Source: Candidatus Poribacteria bacterium (GTDB taxonomy: Bacteria; Poribacteria; WGA-4E; WGA-3G). From it: a stretch of 64,000 nucleotides of DNA. Positions 29,336-41,029 of the stretch are shown here, in pieces. The position numbers and the translations under genes are program-made. Within the stretch, counting starts at the first letter, position 1; each line of letters begins with the position of its first letter. The stretch lies in assembly GCA_964291315.2 (NCBI GenBank), contig OZ219753.1, positions 160,001-224,000 of the forward strand, given 5' to 3'. The notes under the pieces were generated by a model. That model was not told the DNA's origin. It was given only the letters and a program-made list of their open reading frames with translations, and did no database searches.

Positions 29336-32035
29336 TCAAAACTCATATATAAATCCTACAACGGTATTAAAGGGGTATCGCACAGGACTCTCGTATTCCA
29401 ACGATTCTGGGTCCCATGGAAACTCGTCCGAGCTCTCTTCTTCTGCCTCTTTGATTTCTTCGAGGAGTCTATCCTGAAGATTGAACTTTATCTTATTTTT
29501 CCTACTGTAGACATTCCGGATTTCGGTAAATCCTGTCAAGGGAATCCCCCACAACCTCGTTGTTTTTGTACTATAACGTAAATCTAAGCGGTGATATCTC
29601 TGAATCTTAGTTTCGGCAATGCTACCTGCCACATCAGAGAAAACTGGGTGTATTCCTAAGGTCACAGGATCTTGAATCATCAAGAGCGTGTTCAGAGAGA
29701 CTGCAGAGGTACCGCTCGTATATTGCCACCGTAGCCCAATTTCGTTTTTCACGTTTGGACTGTAGTTCGCGACTATACTAGCAATGTGTGTATTGTTAAA
29801 GAGGAAGGGCTTGTAAGTAGCCTCTGGGGTTTCACGCTGCTCAGCATGAATATAGGCATACGATAGCCATCCGAAAAACTTTTCGTTAACGCGATGCCGT
29901 AGAAATATCTCTGCTCCGCTCACGAACCCTGTCCCTTGATTGAGGTATGCCGTTGTAACTGGGGTGTCTAAACCGCCAAAGAGTGAATCAGTATTAACAG
30001 ATCGGGTGACTAATTTTTTCAGATCTTTGTAATAAAGAGCAAATTTAAGTTCCGTTTGTGGTGAGAGTTCATGCTCTAATTCCATGACGTAGTGCTCAGC
30101 GACGCTTGATGTTAGGTTTCTGTTACCGTCTGCTTTTAAAACCTGATGTGCAAAGGGACTTTGCTCATATCTGCCGTAAGCCAGGCGCAGGATAGAGCTC
30201 GTTGGCAACGTGAAGCTGAGGCTGCCGCGCGGTTGAATAGAGAGCTCCTCCGTCAAATTGAGATAATCAAACCTTACACCGAGAGCGACTGACAGAAAGG
30301 ATAAGGGATCGTAGCGGCCTTGTAAATACCCCTCAGCACGTCGAAAACCGTAATTAAATTCCTCTACATTCTTTTTCCAAACCACTGTTTCATCATCAAA
30401 GTTTAGATTGGGCGTAGAGGTATGTGTGACGCTCTCGGTAGGACTGAAGGCGAGGAGAAATCCCGGCTCGACTTGAAACGTTGATGTCAGTTTGTAGGAT
30501 ACGTCTTCGCGAAGAGCATACGTTGGCGCATTAACCCTAACATCGTAAACAAATTTTTCGGATCCAGCCCTATCGTTTTGGCTTGAATCTGCACCGAAAT
30601 CGATATTAAGAAAATTATAGGAACGTGTAAGCGAAAAACGGGAAGTCAATTTGTCAGTAAAATAAGATCTGAGATGGATGCCCTGCGCTTCAAATCCGTT
30701 TTTAAAATAGGCGGAAAAATTGTCCATATCTTCCACGCTTTCTGATCCGATATTAGAGAAGTCGAAATGATCTATCGCGCCCAGACCGTTGAGCGTCAGA
30801 TGATGTTTTTCCGTGAGTTCATAAGCAAATTTGAGCTGATAATCCCACCAGTTAGGAAATGTCCAATCAAAAAAAAGCCCGAGTATATGATTGAGGGTCG
30901 TGAATTGACCTGCGATGTACGCGTAACCTTTTTCTCCTATTTTAGCTTCGAGGAGTCCAGAAGGTGCTGCAATGTTCAGATCCAGAACACCCGCCCACTT
31001 CTTTTTTAAACGTTCGCGTGAACGGATGTCAATGATCGACTGTGAATCTAACCCGTATTCAACCCCATAGCCACCTGCATAAATCTGAATGTCAACGATA
31101 CTATCTGGGTTAATCGTTGAGGAAAGTCCACCATAGTGGAACGGATATCCGATCGGGGTTCTATCGAGATAGATGCGCGTATCGCCCGGTGCGCTGCCGC
31201 GAATATAGAGTACGCCGAAGAGATCGTTAGGAATACCGATGCTTGGCAGCGTTGTGAGACCTTTGAGTGGATCGCGTCCTGTTCCCGGAATCCGTATTAA
31301 TTCACTGCCTCGAATCTCTTTACGGCTGATTTTCGGGGGAAGACGTTGCCCTTCCACGACAACTGTTTCGAGCCTTACCGCGGTTCCGAGATATATTTTC
31401 GATTGTGTTATGTCGCCTGCAGTAACCCGTATTACTATAGTTGTGGGGATCTTGTGTGTTGTATGTCTAATTAACAAAGTGTAGGTGCCGGGTGCGATCC
31501 CTCTGAACTGAAAGTTCCCGGAAGCATCCGTATGCGCTAACCTGTCGATTTCCTCAATCCGCACTTCTGCTGCGTCAATAGGTTTCCTTGTTATTTGACT
31601 ATAGACTTGTCCGACGATATCCCCGCTATTGGCTGCGTTGACAAATGGCACCGGGGCCCCGGGGTAAAATCTCCCCCGGAGCATCTCGCCTGCTTGAATC
31701 TTGATAATGATCTCTACCGGTGTACTTATAGAAGCGTGGGATATGGATAACGTGTAAGTTCCGATAGGAATCTCAGCAAACTGAAAAGCTCCCTTCTCGT
31801 CGGTGGTTGTGTGTTGTTCGGTTTCGACAATGTGCACTTCTGCCTCGACCAATGGCATGTCGGTGTCACCTTGGTAGACCGTCCCTTCTATATCACCTGT
31901 GCGAGGAAAGACATTCTGCCAAAAGCTCTTTTTAGCTTTTGAAACATCGCCTTTTTGGGAATCTTCTGTTTTGGCGAAAACAGAAGATGGTATAATCAAG
32001 ACCACAAACAGAAACGGATACAAGCAACATTTCAT
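29336..32035 (-). CDS. TonB-dependent receptor with two carboxypeptidase-regulatory-like N-terminal domains
   Basis: Signal peptide; repeated GxIxGxV...GTYTL domains; plug LYIRGS; LGVRFDY; C-terminal YEF. Confidence 0.88.
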   Translation of the reverse strand: MKCCLYPFLFVVLIIPSSVFAKTEDSQKGDVSKAKKSFWQNVFPRTGDIEGTVYQGDTDMPLVEAEVHIVETEQHTTTDEKGAFQFAEIPIGTYTLSISHASISTPVEIIIKIQAGEMLRGRFYPGAPVPFVNAANSGDIVGQVYSQITRKPIDAAEVRIEEIDRLAHTDASGNFQFRGIAPGTYTLLIRHTTHKIPTTIVIRVTAGDITQSKIYLGTAVRLETVVVEGQRLPPKISRKEIRGSELIRIPGTGRDPLKGLTTLPSIGIPNDLFGVLYIRGSAPGDTRIYLDRTPIGYPFHYGGLSSTINPDSIVDIQIYAGGYGVEYGLDSQSIIDIRSRERLKKKWAGVLDLNIAAPSGLLEAKIGEKGYAYIAGQFTTLNHILGLFFDWTFPNWWDYQLKFAYELTEKHHLTLNGLGAIDHFDFSNIGSESVEDMDNFSAYFKNGFEAQGIHLRSYFTDKLTSRFSLTRSYNFLNIDFGADSSQNDRAGSEKFVYDVRVNAPTYALREDVSYKLTSTFQVEPGFLLAFSPTESVTHTSTPNLNFDDETVVWKKNVEEFNYGFRRAEGYLQGRYDPLSFLSVALGVRFDYLNLTEELSIQPRGSLSFTLPTSSILRLAYGRYEQSPFAHQVLKADGNRNLTSSVAEHYVMELEHELSPQTELKFALYYKDLKKLVTRSVNTDSLFGGLDTPVTTAYLNQGTGFVSGAEIFLRHRVNEKFFGWLSYAYIHAEQRETPEATYKPFLFNNTHIASIVANYSPNVKNEIGLRWQYTSGTSAVSLNTLLMIQDPVTLGIHPVFSDVAGSIAETKIQRYHRLDLRYSTKTTRLWGIPLTGFTEIRNVYSRKNKIKFNLQDRLLEEIKEAEEESSDEFPWDPESLEYESPVRYPFNTVVGFIYEF

Positions 32036-32081
32036 GAATAGCTCTCCTCTCTAACTAATAAACCAGAACTGTATCTTTTTC

Positions 32082-32110
32082 TTGACACAATTTAAATAAG
32101 CCCATATACT
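32082..32110 (+). promoter_or_regulatory. Sigma70-type promoter
   Basis: TTGACA-17bp-TATACT. Confidence 0.7.
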
Positions 32111-32193
32111 TAAGATAATACATATTTGACATTTTTGACATAAAAAACTGTAAGTTACAAATTAATGCTAAGTGCTCACATCCAACAAGTATC

Positions 32194-32835
32194 ATGAAAC
32201 TTTTATCTATAAACGTCTCAAAGCCGAAGCCTATCCAATACGGAGGTAAGACTATCCGGACCGGGATTTTCAAAAAACCGGTATCAGGGGTTGTCATGCT
32301 CGGAAAAAAGAACATCGACGGTGATGGCCAGGGTGACCCCCGAGTACACGGCGGCACCTATAAAGCTATCTATGGGTACCCGTTTGAACATTATAACCAT
32401 TGGCAACAGGTATTGCAGAGAAATGACTTGATGTATGGGCAGTTTGGCGAAAATCTTACCCTTGAAGGCCTGTTGGAAGACAACGTCCATATAGGGGATG
32501 TTTTTCAAATAGGTTCAACAGTGAAATTGCAGGTTACTCAACCGCGCGTACCATGTTTCAAACTCGCTTACAAAATGGGGCTGCCAGAATTCCCTAAGCA
32601 GTTTCTAGAGAGTCGGCGCGTCGGGTTCTATTTTCGAGTGCTTGAAGAGGGCGAGATCACGGCGGGTGATACAGTTGGATGCGTTGAAACCGCCTCGGCA
32701 TCGTTGAGTGTAACAGAGATACTGAATCTGCGGTATTTTGATACCAGTAACCATGAGAAAATCTCACAAGCGAGAAAACTTCCAGCCCTGTCTCCAAGTT
32801 GGAAACGGGATTTTACAAAGCTTCTAAACCGATGA
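32194..32835 (+). CDS. MOSC domain protein (YiiM-like)
   Basis: [37 protein letters not shown]. Confidence 0.92.
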   Translation: MKLLSINVSKPKPIQYGGKTIRTGIFKKPVSGVVMLGKKNIDGDGQGDPRVHGGTYKAIYGYPFEHYNHWQQVLQRNDLMYGQFGENLTLEGLLEDNVHIGDVFQIGSTVKLQVTQPRVPCFKLAYKMGLPEFPKQFLESRRVGFYFRVLEEGEITAGDTVGCVETASASLSVTEILNLRYFDTSNHEKISQARKLPALSPSWKRDFTKLLNR

Positions 32836-33563
32836 ATATTTTTAAATCTACAACTAGACAGGAAACTAGTGAAGCCGCAGCACATCTTGCAAGTAAGAGT
32901 CTGCGCGAAGCGATCGCCGAAAATGGACATGCCAACTTCATTGTAGCAACTGGGGCATCACAATTTGACTTCCTTGCTGCCCTCACAGCCGATAGGGCAA
33001 TCGACTGGAAAAAAACCACGATGTTCCATCTCGATGAGTACATAGGCATTCGTGAGACGCATCCTGCTAGTTTTCGCAAGTACCTACGTGAACGTTTCGT
33101 GGACATCGTTCATCCCGGAACGTTGTATTTTCTTGATGGAGAATCTGACCAACCGCAAGTCGAGTGTGATCGGCTCAATCAGATCATCTCACAGCAGCTC
33201 ATCGACGTGGCATTCGTAGGGATCGGTGAGAATGGACACCTCGCCTTCAACGATCCACCAGCGGACTTTGAAATAGAGGATCCGTATATTCTTGTCGAAT
33301 TAGATAGGGCTTGTCGCCTGCAGCAAGTGAGGGAGGGATGGTTCAAAAAATTAGACGAGGTACCGACCCAAGCGATTTCAATGTCTATCTGTCAGATTCT
33401 GAAAGCGCAAACAATTGTCTGTACTGTGCCAGATGAACGGAAAGCGGAGGCGGTACGGAATTGTCTGCATGGAGAGATAACACCTATGCACCCCGCCTCA
33501 ATTTTGCAAACGCACCCGGATTGCTCAGTGTTTCTAGACGCTGGATCGGCATCTCTGTTATAG
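32832..33563 (+). CDS. nagB: Glucosamine-6-phosphate deaminase family protein
   Basis: [31 protein letters not shown]. Confidence 0.8.
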   Translation: MNIFKSTTRQETSEAAAHLASKSLREAIAENGHANFIVATGASQFDFLAALTADRAIDWKKTTMFHLDEYIGIRETHPASFRKYLRERFVDIVHPGTLYFLDGESDQPQVECDRLNQIISQQLIDVAFVGIGENGHLAFNDPPADFEIEDPYILVELDRACRLQQVREGWFKKLDEVPTQAISMSICQILKAQTIVCTVPDERKAEAVRNCLHGEITPMHPASILQTHPDCSVFLDAGSASLL

Positions 33564-34026
33564 GTAAAACTCACAAGCCCGCCGGGGAATTTTACTATTG
33601 AGAAAAGATTCATTTTATGTCAAATTCCTTTTTCGGTTAAAGCTGTCCTGCTGCGTGTCAAGACGTTTTTTCGATTATTTCTTGTATACCAACCATTGAA
33701 GATCGATAATTAGTAACCGGCGACTAGTTCAAATCAGTGAAAACAAATTATAAAATCTTCCCAAATTTTGGATATAGCAATATATAAAGTCAACGTGAAA
33801 TATCAAGGATTTTGAAAATGGAGTCATTTAGTTTTCTTGTACTGCGGAAACCCGAAGCCCCAATTTCTAGCTATAGGATAGATTACCCAGTTCCCGCTGA
33901 ATGCCCTACAAGCATTCAGTGTTGATTTCTTTTCTTGTAGAAGCAAGCTCCCGTTCTCGACTTTCGGAGGGAAATGAAGAAAAAACTGAAAGCTAAATGG
34001 CTTTGTTTTGAAGATCGTTCAGTTTA

Positions 34027-34887
34027 ATGAAAGGAAAGAAGGTGGCACAACCTATCTACGGATTAACCGTTCGCGGGGTAACGAAACATTTTCGCAGAAC
34101 CAAGCGGGTGAAGAAAAAAGCCCGCTTTTATCAGAATATCCGCCAGATGTTCAAGCCAGAGAAAGATGTTATCCCTGCTGTTGACAATATCTCTTTAGAG
34201 GTGAATATTGGAGAAATCTACGGGATTCTCGGTGCAAATGGTTCAGGGAAATCGACCTTGATCCGCCTTATTTCAACGCTACTTGTTCCCGATGCGGGGA
34301 GTATTCACGTCTTCGGAGATGATGTTGTCACAGACAGCCTGAAGGTAAGACGCATAATGAATCGGGTTTCTGTTGAAGCCTCATTCTTCAAACGGCTTTC
34401 TTCAGCAGAAAACCTGATTTACACAGCTCGTCTTTACGGCATTCCTACTCCTGAAGCTGAACGAAAGGCGAGACAAATTTTGGAAAGACTTGGTTTTGAC
34501 GTGGATCGAATGAACGAGGAAATGGAACATCTATCGCGCGGGATGCAGCAGAAAGTTGCTATTGCCCGGGCCTTACTAACGACACCCATGCTCCTTTTGC
34601 TTGATGAACCCACCACGGGACTTGATCCCAAATCCAAGCGCGATGTGCAAAGCTTTATTGAGGAGGTCCGTCAAGAGCGAAGTGCTGTTATTGTCCTCAC
34701 AACGCATGATATGGCAGAGGCTGAAAGGTTGTGTGACAAAATCGCAATTATCGATGGTGGCAGGTTTATCGCACAGGGGACTGTCGAGGAGCTCATTGCT
34801 AGCACACTATCGCAGAACGGAGCACCTGTAACATTAGAAGAAGCCTTTATTGCATTAACCGGCAAATCGATTGAGGAGGAAGAGTAA
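34027..34887 (+). CDS. ABC transporter ATP-binding protein
   Basis: GANGSGKS, LSRGMQQK, LLLDEPT. Confidence 0.93.
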   Translation: MKGKKVAQPIYGLTVRGVTKHFRRTKRVKKKARFYQNIRQMFKPEKDVIPAVDNISLEVNIGEIYGILGANGSGKSTLIRLISTLLVPDAGSIHVFGDDVVTDSLKVRRIMNRVSVEASFFKRLSSAENLIYTARLYGIPTPEAERKARQILERLGFDVDRMNEEMEHLSRGMQQKVAIARALLTTPMLLLLDEPTTGLDPKSKRDVQSFIEEVRQERSAVIVLTTHDMAEAERLCDKIAIIDGGRFIAQGTVEELIASTLSQNGAPVTLEEAFIALTGKSIEEEE

Positions 34888-35698
34888 AGTCTTGCTTAAT
34901 CTCGCTCGAGAGACGATTGTCTCTTACGCTTTCATTGAACGCAACTTTAACTTGTTGAAGCGGTATCTGAGTTGGGAAATCCTCTTTTTCAGTTATTCCA
35001 TCGTCAATGCCCTAACTATCGGTTTGATTATGGTAGGGCGTGGCAGCAGTGAAGATGTACTGTACCTCGTCATTGGTGCATTAATCTGGGGATTTCTCTC
35101 TATTATGATGCGTGAGGTGAGCGACGCAATTACTTGGGAACGTTGGGAAGGAACAATCGAATATACCTTTATGGCACCGATTTACCGCATCACACACTTA
35201 GTCGGTTCGTGTCTCTTCGCAATTCTGTACGGATTGCTGCGAACCGGTTTAGTGCTGGCGATAATGCCATTTTTTTTTGGTGAGTACATCGACTTGGGGT
35301 CCGCAAATTGGTTAACTATGTTCGTTATTGTCCTAATTTCCAGTCTCTCTTTCATCGGTATCGGTCTAATAGCAGCAATTTTCCCTTTGCTCTCCCCTGA
35401 AAAGGGACAATCTGCAACCGGTATTATCCAATCGTTCCTGCTTTTAGTCTCCGGTGTTTATTACGAAATTGAGGTGCTACCGGACTGGATCCAACCAATC
35501 TCCAAAATTTCACCTGCCACCTATACACTCAAATCTATCCGGGCGGCGATACTTGATAACGCCTCTATTCAGAGCCAGATGGGTAATTTAGCCTTGCTGT
35601 TGATCATCGGTACTCTACTCATTCCCTTCGGATTTTGGGTCTTTTACCTCGGTGAAAAGTATGCGAAGCGCGTTGGTAGACTTAAAAGGAGTGGTTAG
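34871..35698 (+). CDS. ABC-2 type permease
   Basis: WERWEGTIE, SGVYY, about 6 TM helices; start approximate. Confidence 0.88.
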   Translation: MRRKSKVLLNLARETIVSYAFIERNFNLLKRYLSWEILFFSYSIVNALTIGLIMVGRGSSEDVLYLVIGALIWGFLSIMMREVSDAITWERWEGTIEYTFMAPIYRITHLVGSCLFAILYGLLRTGLVLAIMPFFFGEYIDLGSANWLTMFVIVLISSLSFIGIGLIAAIFPLLSPEKGQSATGIIQSFLLLVSGVYYEIEVLPDWIQPISKISPATYTLKSIRAAILDNASIQSQMGNLALLLIIGTLLIPFGFWVFYLGEKYAKRVGRLKRSG

Positions 35699-35946
35699 AT
35701 ATTTAAGAGCGAACCTGTAGTTAACTTCAGGTTCATGCAACCTTAAGCGCGGCTGTAGGTGTTGCTAGTTAAGTTTTCTTCGGAATCAGCCAGTGTGCCA
35801 ACCAATTTGTTGTGTTCTAAGTGACATGCCGGGGCTTACATGGGTTTAAGGTGTTCCACTTTCCCGCTCCAAGGTGTAGGAGGTGTATAAAAAGTAGCGC
35901 ATCGGACGGGGATGCGTATAGCTATTTATTTACTACGGAGGAGTTA

Positions 35947-38900
35947 ATGTCAGGATATTACAGATTTCCAACAATTTGTCAGGAGACTATTGTTTTTGTA
36001 TGTGAAGATGACTTATGGACAGTTCCAGTCGAAGGCGGTATTGCCCGAAGACTCACATCAAATCGTGGGGCAGCAAGCTCTCCATGTTTATCCCCGAATG
36101 GCGAATTGCTTGCTTTTTCTGGGCGTGAGGAAGGTCCGTCAGAGGTTTATGTTATGCCTGCCCTTGGCGGTGAGGCGAAGCGCCTCACTTATCAAGGTAG
36201 CAACGCTGCTGTTGTTAATTGGGATGCTGAGGGTGAATATATCCTCTATTCAAGCGGTGCTGGTTTAGCATTTGATCCATGGATATGGAAAATTTCCGCA
36301 GAAGGTGGAGAGCCGCAACGACTTGCCTACGGACCTGCTAATCACATCGACTTCGGCAACGCGGGCCGGGTGATCATCGGGCGATTGACGCGAGAACCCG
36401 CACGGTGGAAACGCTACCGGGGCGGTACAGCTGGACAACTCTGGGTAGACATCAAGGGAGATGGGGAATTCCGCCACATCGCGCCTGTCGATGGTAATTT
36501 CACTGCACCCATGTGGATCGGCGAACGTCTCTATTTTATTTCGGACCATGAAGGAGTCGGAAACATCTACTCCTGCTTCCCTGACGGTGCGGGCGTTCAA
36601 CGCCACACTCACCAGGATATCTACTACTGCCGCTCGGCGCAAACAGATGGAACCCAGATCGTCTACCATGCTGGCGCAGACTTGTTTGTTTATGACATTG
36701 GAAGCGACACCGACACTCGCGTTGATGTTGAGTTCCGCAGCCCGCGTATTCAGAGACAGCGGAAGTTTATTAGTGCATCGAGATATCTACGAGAGTATGC
36801 CCTAACCCCGGATGGACATGCATTAGCTTTGACAGTCCGGGGCAAACCCTTTACTATGGCGAATTGGGAGGGCGCTGTTCTCCAACATGGCGAGCGCAAT
36901 GGAACGCGTTACCGCTTTACAAAGTGGCTCAATGATGCCAAACGTCTTATTACCCTTTCTGATGCTGGTGGAGAGGAAGCACTTGAAATCCATACACTCG
37001 ATGACAGTGCAGACATAATCCGTTTTGACACGTTTGACCTCGGACATGTTCGTTCTCTTACAGTCTCACCACAAACGAAGGCAGGCAAAAGTGACTGTTT
37101 ACTTCTAACTAACAACCGTTTTGAGCTTCTGCACATTGACCTCGAAATGCAGAAAATGCGGATCCTTGACGAAAGTATCTATCGGAGCATCCAAGGCGCG
37201 GCGTGGTCCCCTGACGGCGAATGGTGTGCATATAGTTTTTCATCAACAGAGACTACTATTTCGATCAAACTCTGCAAAATCGCGACAGGTGAAACATGGC
37301 TCATTACCCAGCCTGAGTTTAAAGATTTTTCACCTGCGTGGGACCCCGATGGGAAGTATCTCTACTTTCTTTCGTACCGTGAATTCAATCCAATTTACGA
37401 TGCGCTTCACTTTGATCTGGGTTTTCCTTCAGCGATGCGTCCGTTTTTGATAACTTTGCAGGAGACTCTAGGGAATCCGTTCGTGCCGGAGCCGCGTCCA
37501 TTTGAAGAGGAGAAGGAAGATAGGGACAAGGAAAACCAAGAAGAGCAACCAGAATCGTTCGTTGAGAAGGACGACGGGGCTGAGAAGGAAAGCCCACCGA
37601 TCACCATCAATCTAGATGGGATTTCACAACGTGTTGTCGCTTTTCCCTATCCGCGAGGACATTATGGACAGATTGCCGGCATTGAGGGCAAGGTCATCTT
37701 TACTTCCTTTCCTTCGCAAGAGGTATCAGATCCTCTCACTGATGATAGCAATACGGGACGGGGCAAGCTCCACTCCTATGATTTCAAGGAGCAGAAAAAA
37801 GAGATGCTTGTTTCAGGTATTACGGATTTTCAACTCTCTGGTGATGCGAAGACGCTTGTATATTCTAGCGGAAATCGGTTGCGTGTTATCAGAGCAGGTA
37901 AAAAAATCGAAGACACCTCGAAGTCTGGGCATAAAGGTGACCCAAGTCGCCAAAATGGTTGGGTTGATCTCAACCGTATCAAAGCTTCTGTCATTCCCAC
38001 GTCCGAGTGGTATCAGATGTATCGAGAGGCGTGGCGCCTTCAACGAGATTACTTTTGGACAGCGGATATGTCTGGCGTGGATTGGGAAAACGTCTATCAA
38101 CGTTATCTTCCACTCCTCGACCGAATTGCAACGCGCGGAGAATTTTCTGACCTCATGTGGGAGATGCAAGGCGAGCTCGGCACCTCACACGCCTATGAAT
38201 TTGGGGGCGATTATCGCAATTCACCGAATTATGCCCAGGGGTTTCTCGGTGCTGATTGTGCCTATGATGCTGAGAGCGGAGGGTATCGCGTCACGCATAT
38301 TCCGCAAGGCGATCCTTGGGAAACAACGAAGAATTCTCCGCTGAATGCCCCTGGTGTTAACGTCCGCGTAGGAGATATTTTGCTTGCGATCGGGGGACAA
38401 AGCGTCAGCGAAACCGTTTCGCCCTGTGAACTCTTAGTGAACCTCGCTAACCAAGAGGTACAAGCTGTCTTCCAAAACGCGGAGGATAGCGAGAAACGTT
38501 TTGTTACGCTCAAAGTGTTGGGAAGTGAAAAAGAGTTACTGTATCGCGAGTGGGTGTCCCGAAATCGGCAATACGTCCATGAAAAAACGGATGGAAAAGT
38601 CGGATATGTCCATATTCCAGATATGTCGCGACGTGGATATGCAGAGTTTCACCGTGGTTTTCTTGCTGAGGTTAGTTATCCGGGGTTATTGGTTGATGTC
38701 CGTTATAATGGTGGTGGACACGTTTCCCAATTGCTTTTGGAGAAATTGGCGCGGCGTCGGATCGGCTATGACGTGCCGCGTTGGGGAACACCACACCCGT
38801 ACCCAGATGCTTCAGTCCTCGGTCCGATAGTGGCGGTTACTAACGAAAACGCAGGTTCTGACGGCGATATCTTCTCACACTGCTTTAAACTCATGGATCT

Positions 38901-39216
38901 AGGGTTGCTTATCGGAAAACGAACCTGGGGCGGCGTTATCGGTATTTCACCGCATCAGATGTTTGTGGATAGAGGGGGAACGACGCAACCCGAGTATTCT
39001 TTCTGGTTCGTTGATGTCGGTTGGAACGTTGAAAATTACGGCACCGACCCTGATATCGAGGTAGACTATCGCCCGCAGGATTACGCCGCCGAAAACGATC
39101 CGCAGCTCGACAGGGGAATAAAAGAGCTCCTCCGGCAGATGGAAGAGAATCCACCCGAAGTTCCTGATTTCGGCGACCGTCCACGTTTAACCTTGCCCAC
39201 TTTACCTAAGGCTTAA
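35947..39216 (+). CDS. Tricorn protease (S41 family, PD40 propellers, PDZ)
   Basis: GYYRFPTI, WKRYRGGTAG, GELGTSHAY, GYVHIPDM, RYNGGG, AGSDGD, RTWGGVIG. Confidence 0.95.
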   Translation: MSGYYRFPTICQETIVFVCEDDLWTVPVEGGIARRLTSNRGAASSPCLSPNGELLAFSGREEGPSEVYVMPALGGEAKRLTYQGSNAAVVNWDAEGEYILYSSGAGLAFDPWIWKISAEGGEPQRLAYGPANHIDFGNAGRVIIGRLTREPARWKRYRGGTAGQLWVDIKGDGEFRHIAPVDGNFTAPMWIGERLYFISDHEGVGNIYSCFPDGAGVQRHTHQDIYYCRSAQTDGTQIVYHAGADLFVYDIGSDTDTRVDVEFRSPRIQRQRKFISASRYLREYALTPDGHALALTVRGKPFTMANWEGAVLQHGERNGTRYRFTKWLNDAKRLITLSDAGGEEALEIHTLDDSADIIRFDTFDLGHVRSLTVSPQTKAGKSDCLLLTNNRFELLHIDLEMQKMRILDESIYRSIQGAAWSPDGEWCAYSFSSTETTISIKLCKIATGETWLITQPEFKDFSPAWDPDGKYLYFLSYREFNPIYDALHFDLGFPSAMRPFLITLQETLGNPFVPEPRPFEEEKEDRDKENQEEQPESFVEKDDGAEKESPPITINLDGISQRVVAFPYPRGHYGQIAGIEGKVIFTSFPSQEVSDPLTDDSNTGRGKLHSYDFKEQKKEMLVSGITDFQLSGDAKTLVYSSGNRLRVIRAGKKIEDTSKSGHKGDPSRQNGWVDLNRIKASVIPTSEWYQMYREAWRLQRDYFWTADMSGVDWENVYQRYLPLLDRIATRGEFSDLMWEMQGELGTSHAYEFGGDYRNSPNYAQGFLGADCAYDAESGGYRVTHIPQGDPWETTKNSPLNAPGVNVRVGDILLAIGGQSVSETVSPCELLVNLANQEVQAVFQNAEDSEKRFVTLKVLGSEKELLYREWVSRNRQYVHEKTDGKVGYVHIPDMSRRGYAEFHRGFLAEVSYPGLLVDVRYNGGGHVSQLLLEKLARRRIGYDVPRWGTPHPYPDASVLGPIVAVTNENAGSDGDIFSHCFKLMDLGLLIGKRTWGGVIGISPHQMFVDRGGTTQPEYSFWFVDVGWNVENYGTDPDIEVDYRPQDYAAENDPQLDRGIKELLRQMEENPPEVPDFGDRPRLTLPTLPKA

Positions 39217-39242
39217 TGCAAGCTAACATCGGTTCTCGAATT

Positions 39243-39268
39243 GGTAGGCGCGGTTTCTTAACCGTGCC
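39243..39268 (+). repeat. GTAG-type REP-like palindrome
   Basis: GTAG-GCGCGGTT-tctt-AACCGTGC. Confidence 0.55.
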
Positions 39269-39406
39269 GAATCCGCTTCCCTATCTTACCTTAGGGTGTT
39301 TCTGGTCCTGACTCTTTTGCTGTAAGGGCGAGTGCCGGCTCTCAACTGCTTCCGCAGTCTTGCAAAAAACGGAAAATAAATGGTTCTAAATCGCTAAAAG
39401 ATATTT

Positions 39407-39436
39407 TTGACATCTACCTTAACTTTATGCTATACT
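39407..39436 (+). promoter_or_regulatory. Sigma70-type promoter upstream of dprA
   Basis: TTGACA-18bp-TATACT with extended -10 TG. Confidence 0.65.
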
Positions 39437-39464
39437 CTTTAATATAAATATATAAGAACCTAAA

Positions 39465-40457
39465 ATGGACAATTGCACACTTCAGAGGACAAGCATGGCG
39501 GATTCAAAAGAAGGAGCTCTTGTTGAATATTGGCTAGCCCTTTCTTCAGTCGAAGGATTAGGGAGTGTTCGCATCAAGCGCCTCATTGCCCGCTTCGGGA
39601 GTGTCAAGGCAATTTTTGAAGCAGAACTCCCGGAAATCGCACGGTTGCCCTCCTTCAACCCTCTTCTCGCTACGCGGATACTTACGGTATCGAGCAATTT
39701 TCGGATGTTCCGAGATAGGCTCGCTGTACTCAACAAGCAGAATGTTCGTGTTTTGTGTCCGGATACCCCTAGCTATCCGATGCAACTTAAAATACTTCCT
39801 GATGCCCCTGGGATTCTCTGTCATGTCGGTGAGTTGATAGAGATTAATAGACCGTGTGTCGCCGTCGTAGGCACACAGCGGCCCAGCACAGAGGCGATTC
39901 AGCTTACACTTGCACTCGCGACAACCCTGGCGCTCACCGGGTTTACCGTCGTCAGTGGACTCGCAGCAGGTATTGATACTTATGCTCACGCCGGCGCGCT
40001 GGCCGCTATGGGGCAAACCATCGGAGTTGTCGGCGCAGACCTCTCTTCTATCTATCCAGCACATAATAATTCACTTGCTATGCAGATCTCTGAGAACGGG
40101 TGCTTGTTTTCAGAGCATCCCTTTCCGACTGTGCCATCGCCCGGAAACCTCGTTCAACGCAACCGTATCATCAGCGGACTTTCAACGGCAACAATCGTAA
40201 TTGAGGCGCAGAAAGCCGGTGGGGCAATGCACACGGCCCGATATGCACAACGTCAAGGTAAAGCACTCCTAGCTTGCCGATGGGAAGGAGCCCCCACCGC
40301 TACCCGTGAAGGGCCACGAGAGTTGATAAAGGGCGGCGCTTTTCCTTTCCGGCCCACCGAACTCGATAAAGTCATTGATGTACTTCTGCATCCAGAGCAG
40401 TTCGAAAGTTACATGGCCAGTACATCCAGTGAGCAGATAGGACTGTTTGAGGAATAA
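39465..40457 (+). CDS. dprA: DNA-processing protein DprA
   Basis: VAVVGTQ, VVSGLAAGID..AH, RNRIISGLS, IEA...GAMHTA. Confidence 0.92.
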   Translation: MDNCTLQRTSMADSKEGALVEYWLALSSVEGLGSVRIKRLIARFGSVKAIFEAELPEIARLPSFNPLLATRILTVSSNFRMFRDRLAVLNKQNVRVLCPDTPSYPMQLKILPDAPGILCHVGELIEINRPCVAVVGTQRPSTEAIQLTLALATTLALTGFTVVSGLAAGIDTYAHAGALAAMGQTIGVVGADLSSIYPAHNNSLAMQISENGCLFSEHPFPTVPSPGNLVQRNRIISGLSTATIVIEAQKAGGAMHTARYAQRQGKALLACRWEGAPTATREGPRELIKGGAFPFRPTELDKVIDVLLHPEQFESYMASTSSEQIGLFEE

Positions 40458-40997
40458 CGGTCAGCAAGAAACTTTTGTACCAATTAGATAGATTAGAACG
40501 CAACGAATTGGTGCACTCCGAAAATGGACAAAGTCGATGTGCTAACAACTAATAACTGAAACTAACTTTGAGGATATACGAGTTAATATCTCTATTCTGC
40601 TGTGAAGAGATATGGGTTGATAAGCCAGACTCTGTGAGCTTGTGGTTTGATTCCAAATAACCTTGCTGATTTCGAATCTTTACTGCAGATAGCAAGTAGG
40701 TTCAGCAAACAAAACAGAATATCTTATTCTGCTTACCTCGATCTCAAGTATCTTAATGCTGATCAATACGTTGAATTTATCTACGACATCGCCAGCACCT
40801 TCTTTATCATATTTTACTTGCTTTTTTTTAAAAAATGTGTTAACATATATCTAAAGTATCTCGGAGCGCCCTTTCCAGGAGTGGAGCCCATTTCAACTGG
40901 CAGAGGATGTTAAAGTATACTTGCATGTTGAACAGTGTCCTTAAAATCGATTTCGTATAGCAGTATGTATCATTTTTTTCTTGACAACGTTTAAATC

Positions 40998-41015
40998 TAT
41001 GGTAAATTTACCATA
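40998..41015. promoter_or_regulatory. Perfect 18-bp palindrome, putative operator
   Basis: TATGGTAAA|TTTACCATA between two TTGACA hexamers. Confidence 0.55.
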
Positions 41016-41029
41016 TAATAAGTTTTTTC

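Noticed and set aside
37616-38344. 242-aa alternative-frame ORF, and the many antisense ORFs in the track
   Set aside because: They overlap well-supported genes (here tricorn protease) and have no motifs; treated as shadow ORFs
40460-40920. 88-aa ORF or remnant in the long gap after dprA
   Set aside because: TTG start with no RBS, AT-rich tail and no recognisable motif
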